DNA of 35,825 bases from Chitinophagaceae bacterium (lineage in GTDB: Bacteria; Bacteroidota; Bacteroidia; Chitinophagales; Chitinophagaceae). The position numbers and the translations under genes were made by a program. The notes beneath the pieces were generated by a model. That model ran no database searches. It had not been told where the DNA came from and saw only the letters and a program-made list of their open reading frames with translations. The DNA is taken from assembly GCA_017882205.1 (NCBI GenBank), contig JADGPY010000035.1, positions 1-35,825 on the forward strand, read 5' to 3'. Positions 35,805 through 35,825 of this stretch are shown in pieces (the stretch's first letter is position 1; each line of letters opens with the position of its first letter).

Positions 35805-35825
35805 ACCATGATTCGTTTAATTTAA

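Overview
AT-rich bacterial chromosome segment, most likely Bacteroidota (Chitinophagaceae-like). The assignment rests on repeated TAnnTTTG -7 promoter boxes, A-rich translation starts and gene content. The window is mostly housekeeping: GH2 beta-mannosidase, CNNM/CBS protein, PAP2, LTA-synthase-like sulfatase, glmM, iscS, rluF, kynA, GH13, mutS, SpoU methyltransferase, UbiA-like prenyltransferase, yqgF, def, rluD, lipB, and an aromatic amino acid operon (aminotransferase-tyrA-DAHP synthase/chorismate mutase-aroB-aroA). I found no rRNA, tRNA, CRISPR array or transposase. The best unannotated signals are: (1) a leader peptide MSTWFYFYYYHKP with seven consecutive aromatic codons and complete antiterminator/terminator geometry ahead of the aro operon; (2) an ECF sigma factor coupled to an anti-sigma-like/TM/trypsin-protease fusion, with two identical outward-facing GGGTTAC-N15-GTATTAAT motifs pointing at the sigma gene and at a tiny divergent lipoprotein; (3) several dispersed intergenic repeat families (a TTCTCGCTTCGCTC/GCGAAGC motif, heptamer-built hairpins, an octamer-built 85-bp hairpin); (4) gene remnants (a GH125 C-terminus, and an HsdR-like N-terminus fused to a lipoprotein hydrolase) plus a domain-reduced GH2. 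All family calls are from motif recognition by eye, not from database searches.
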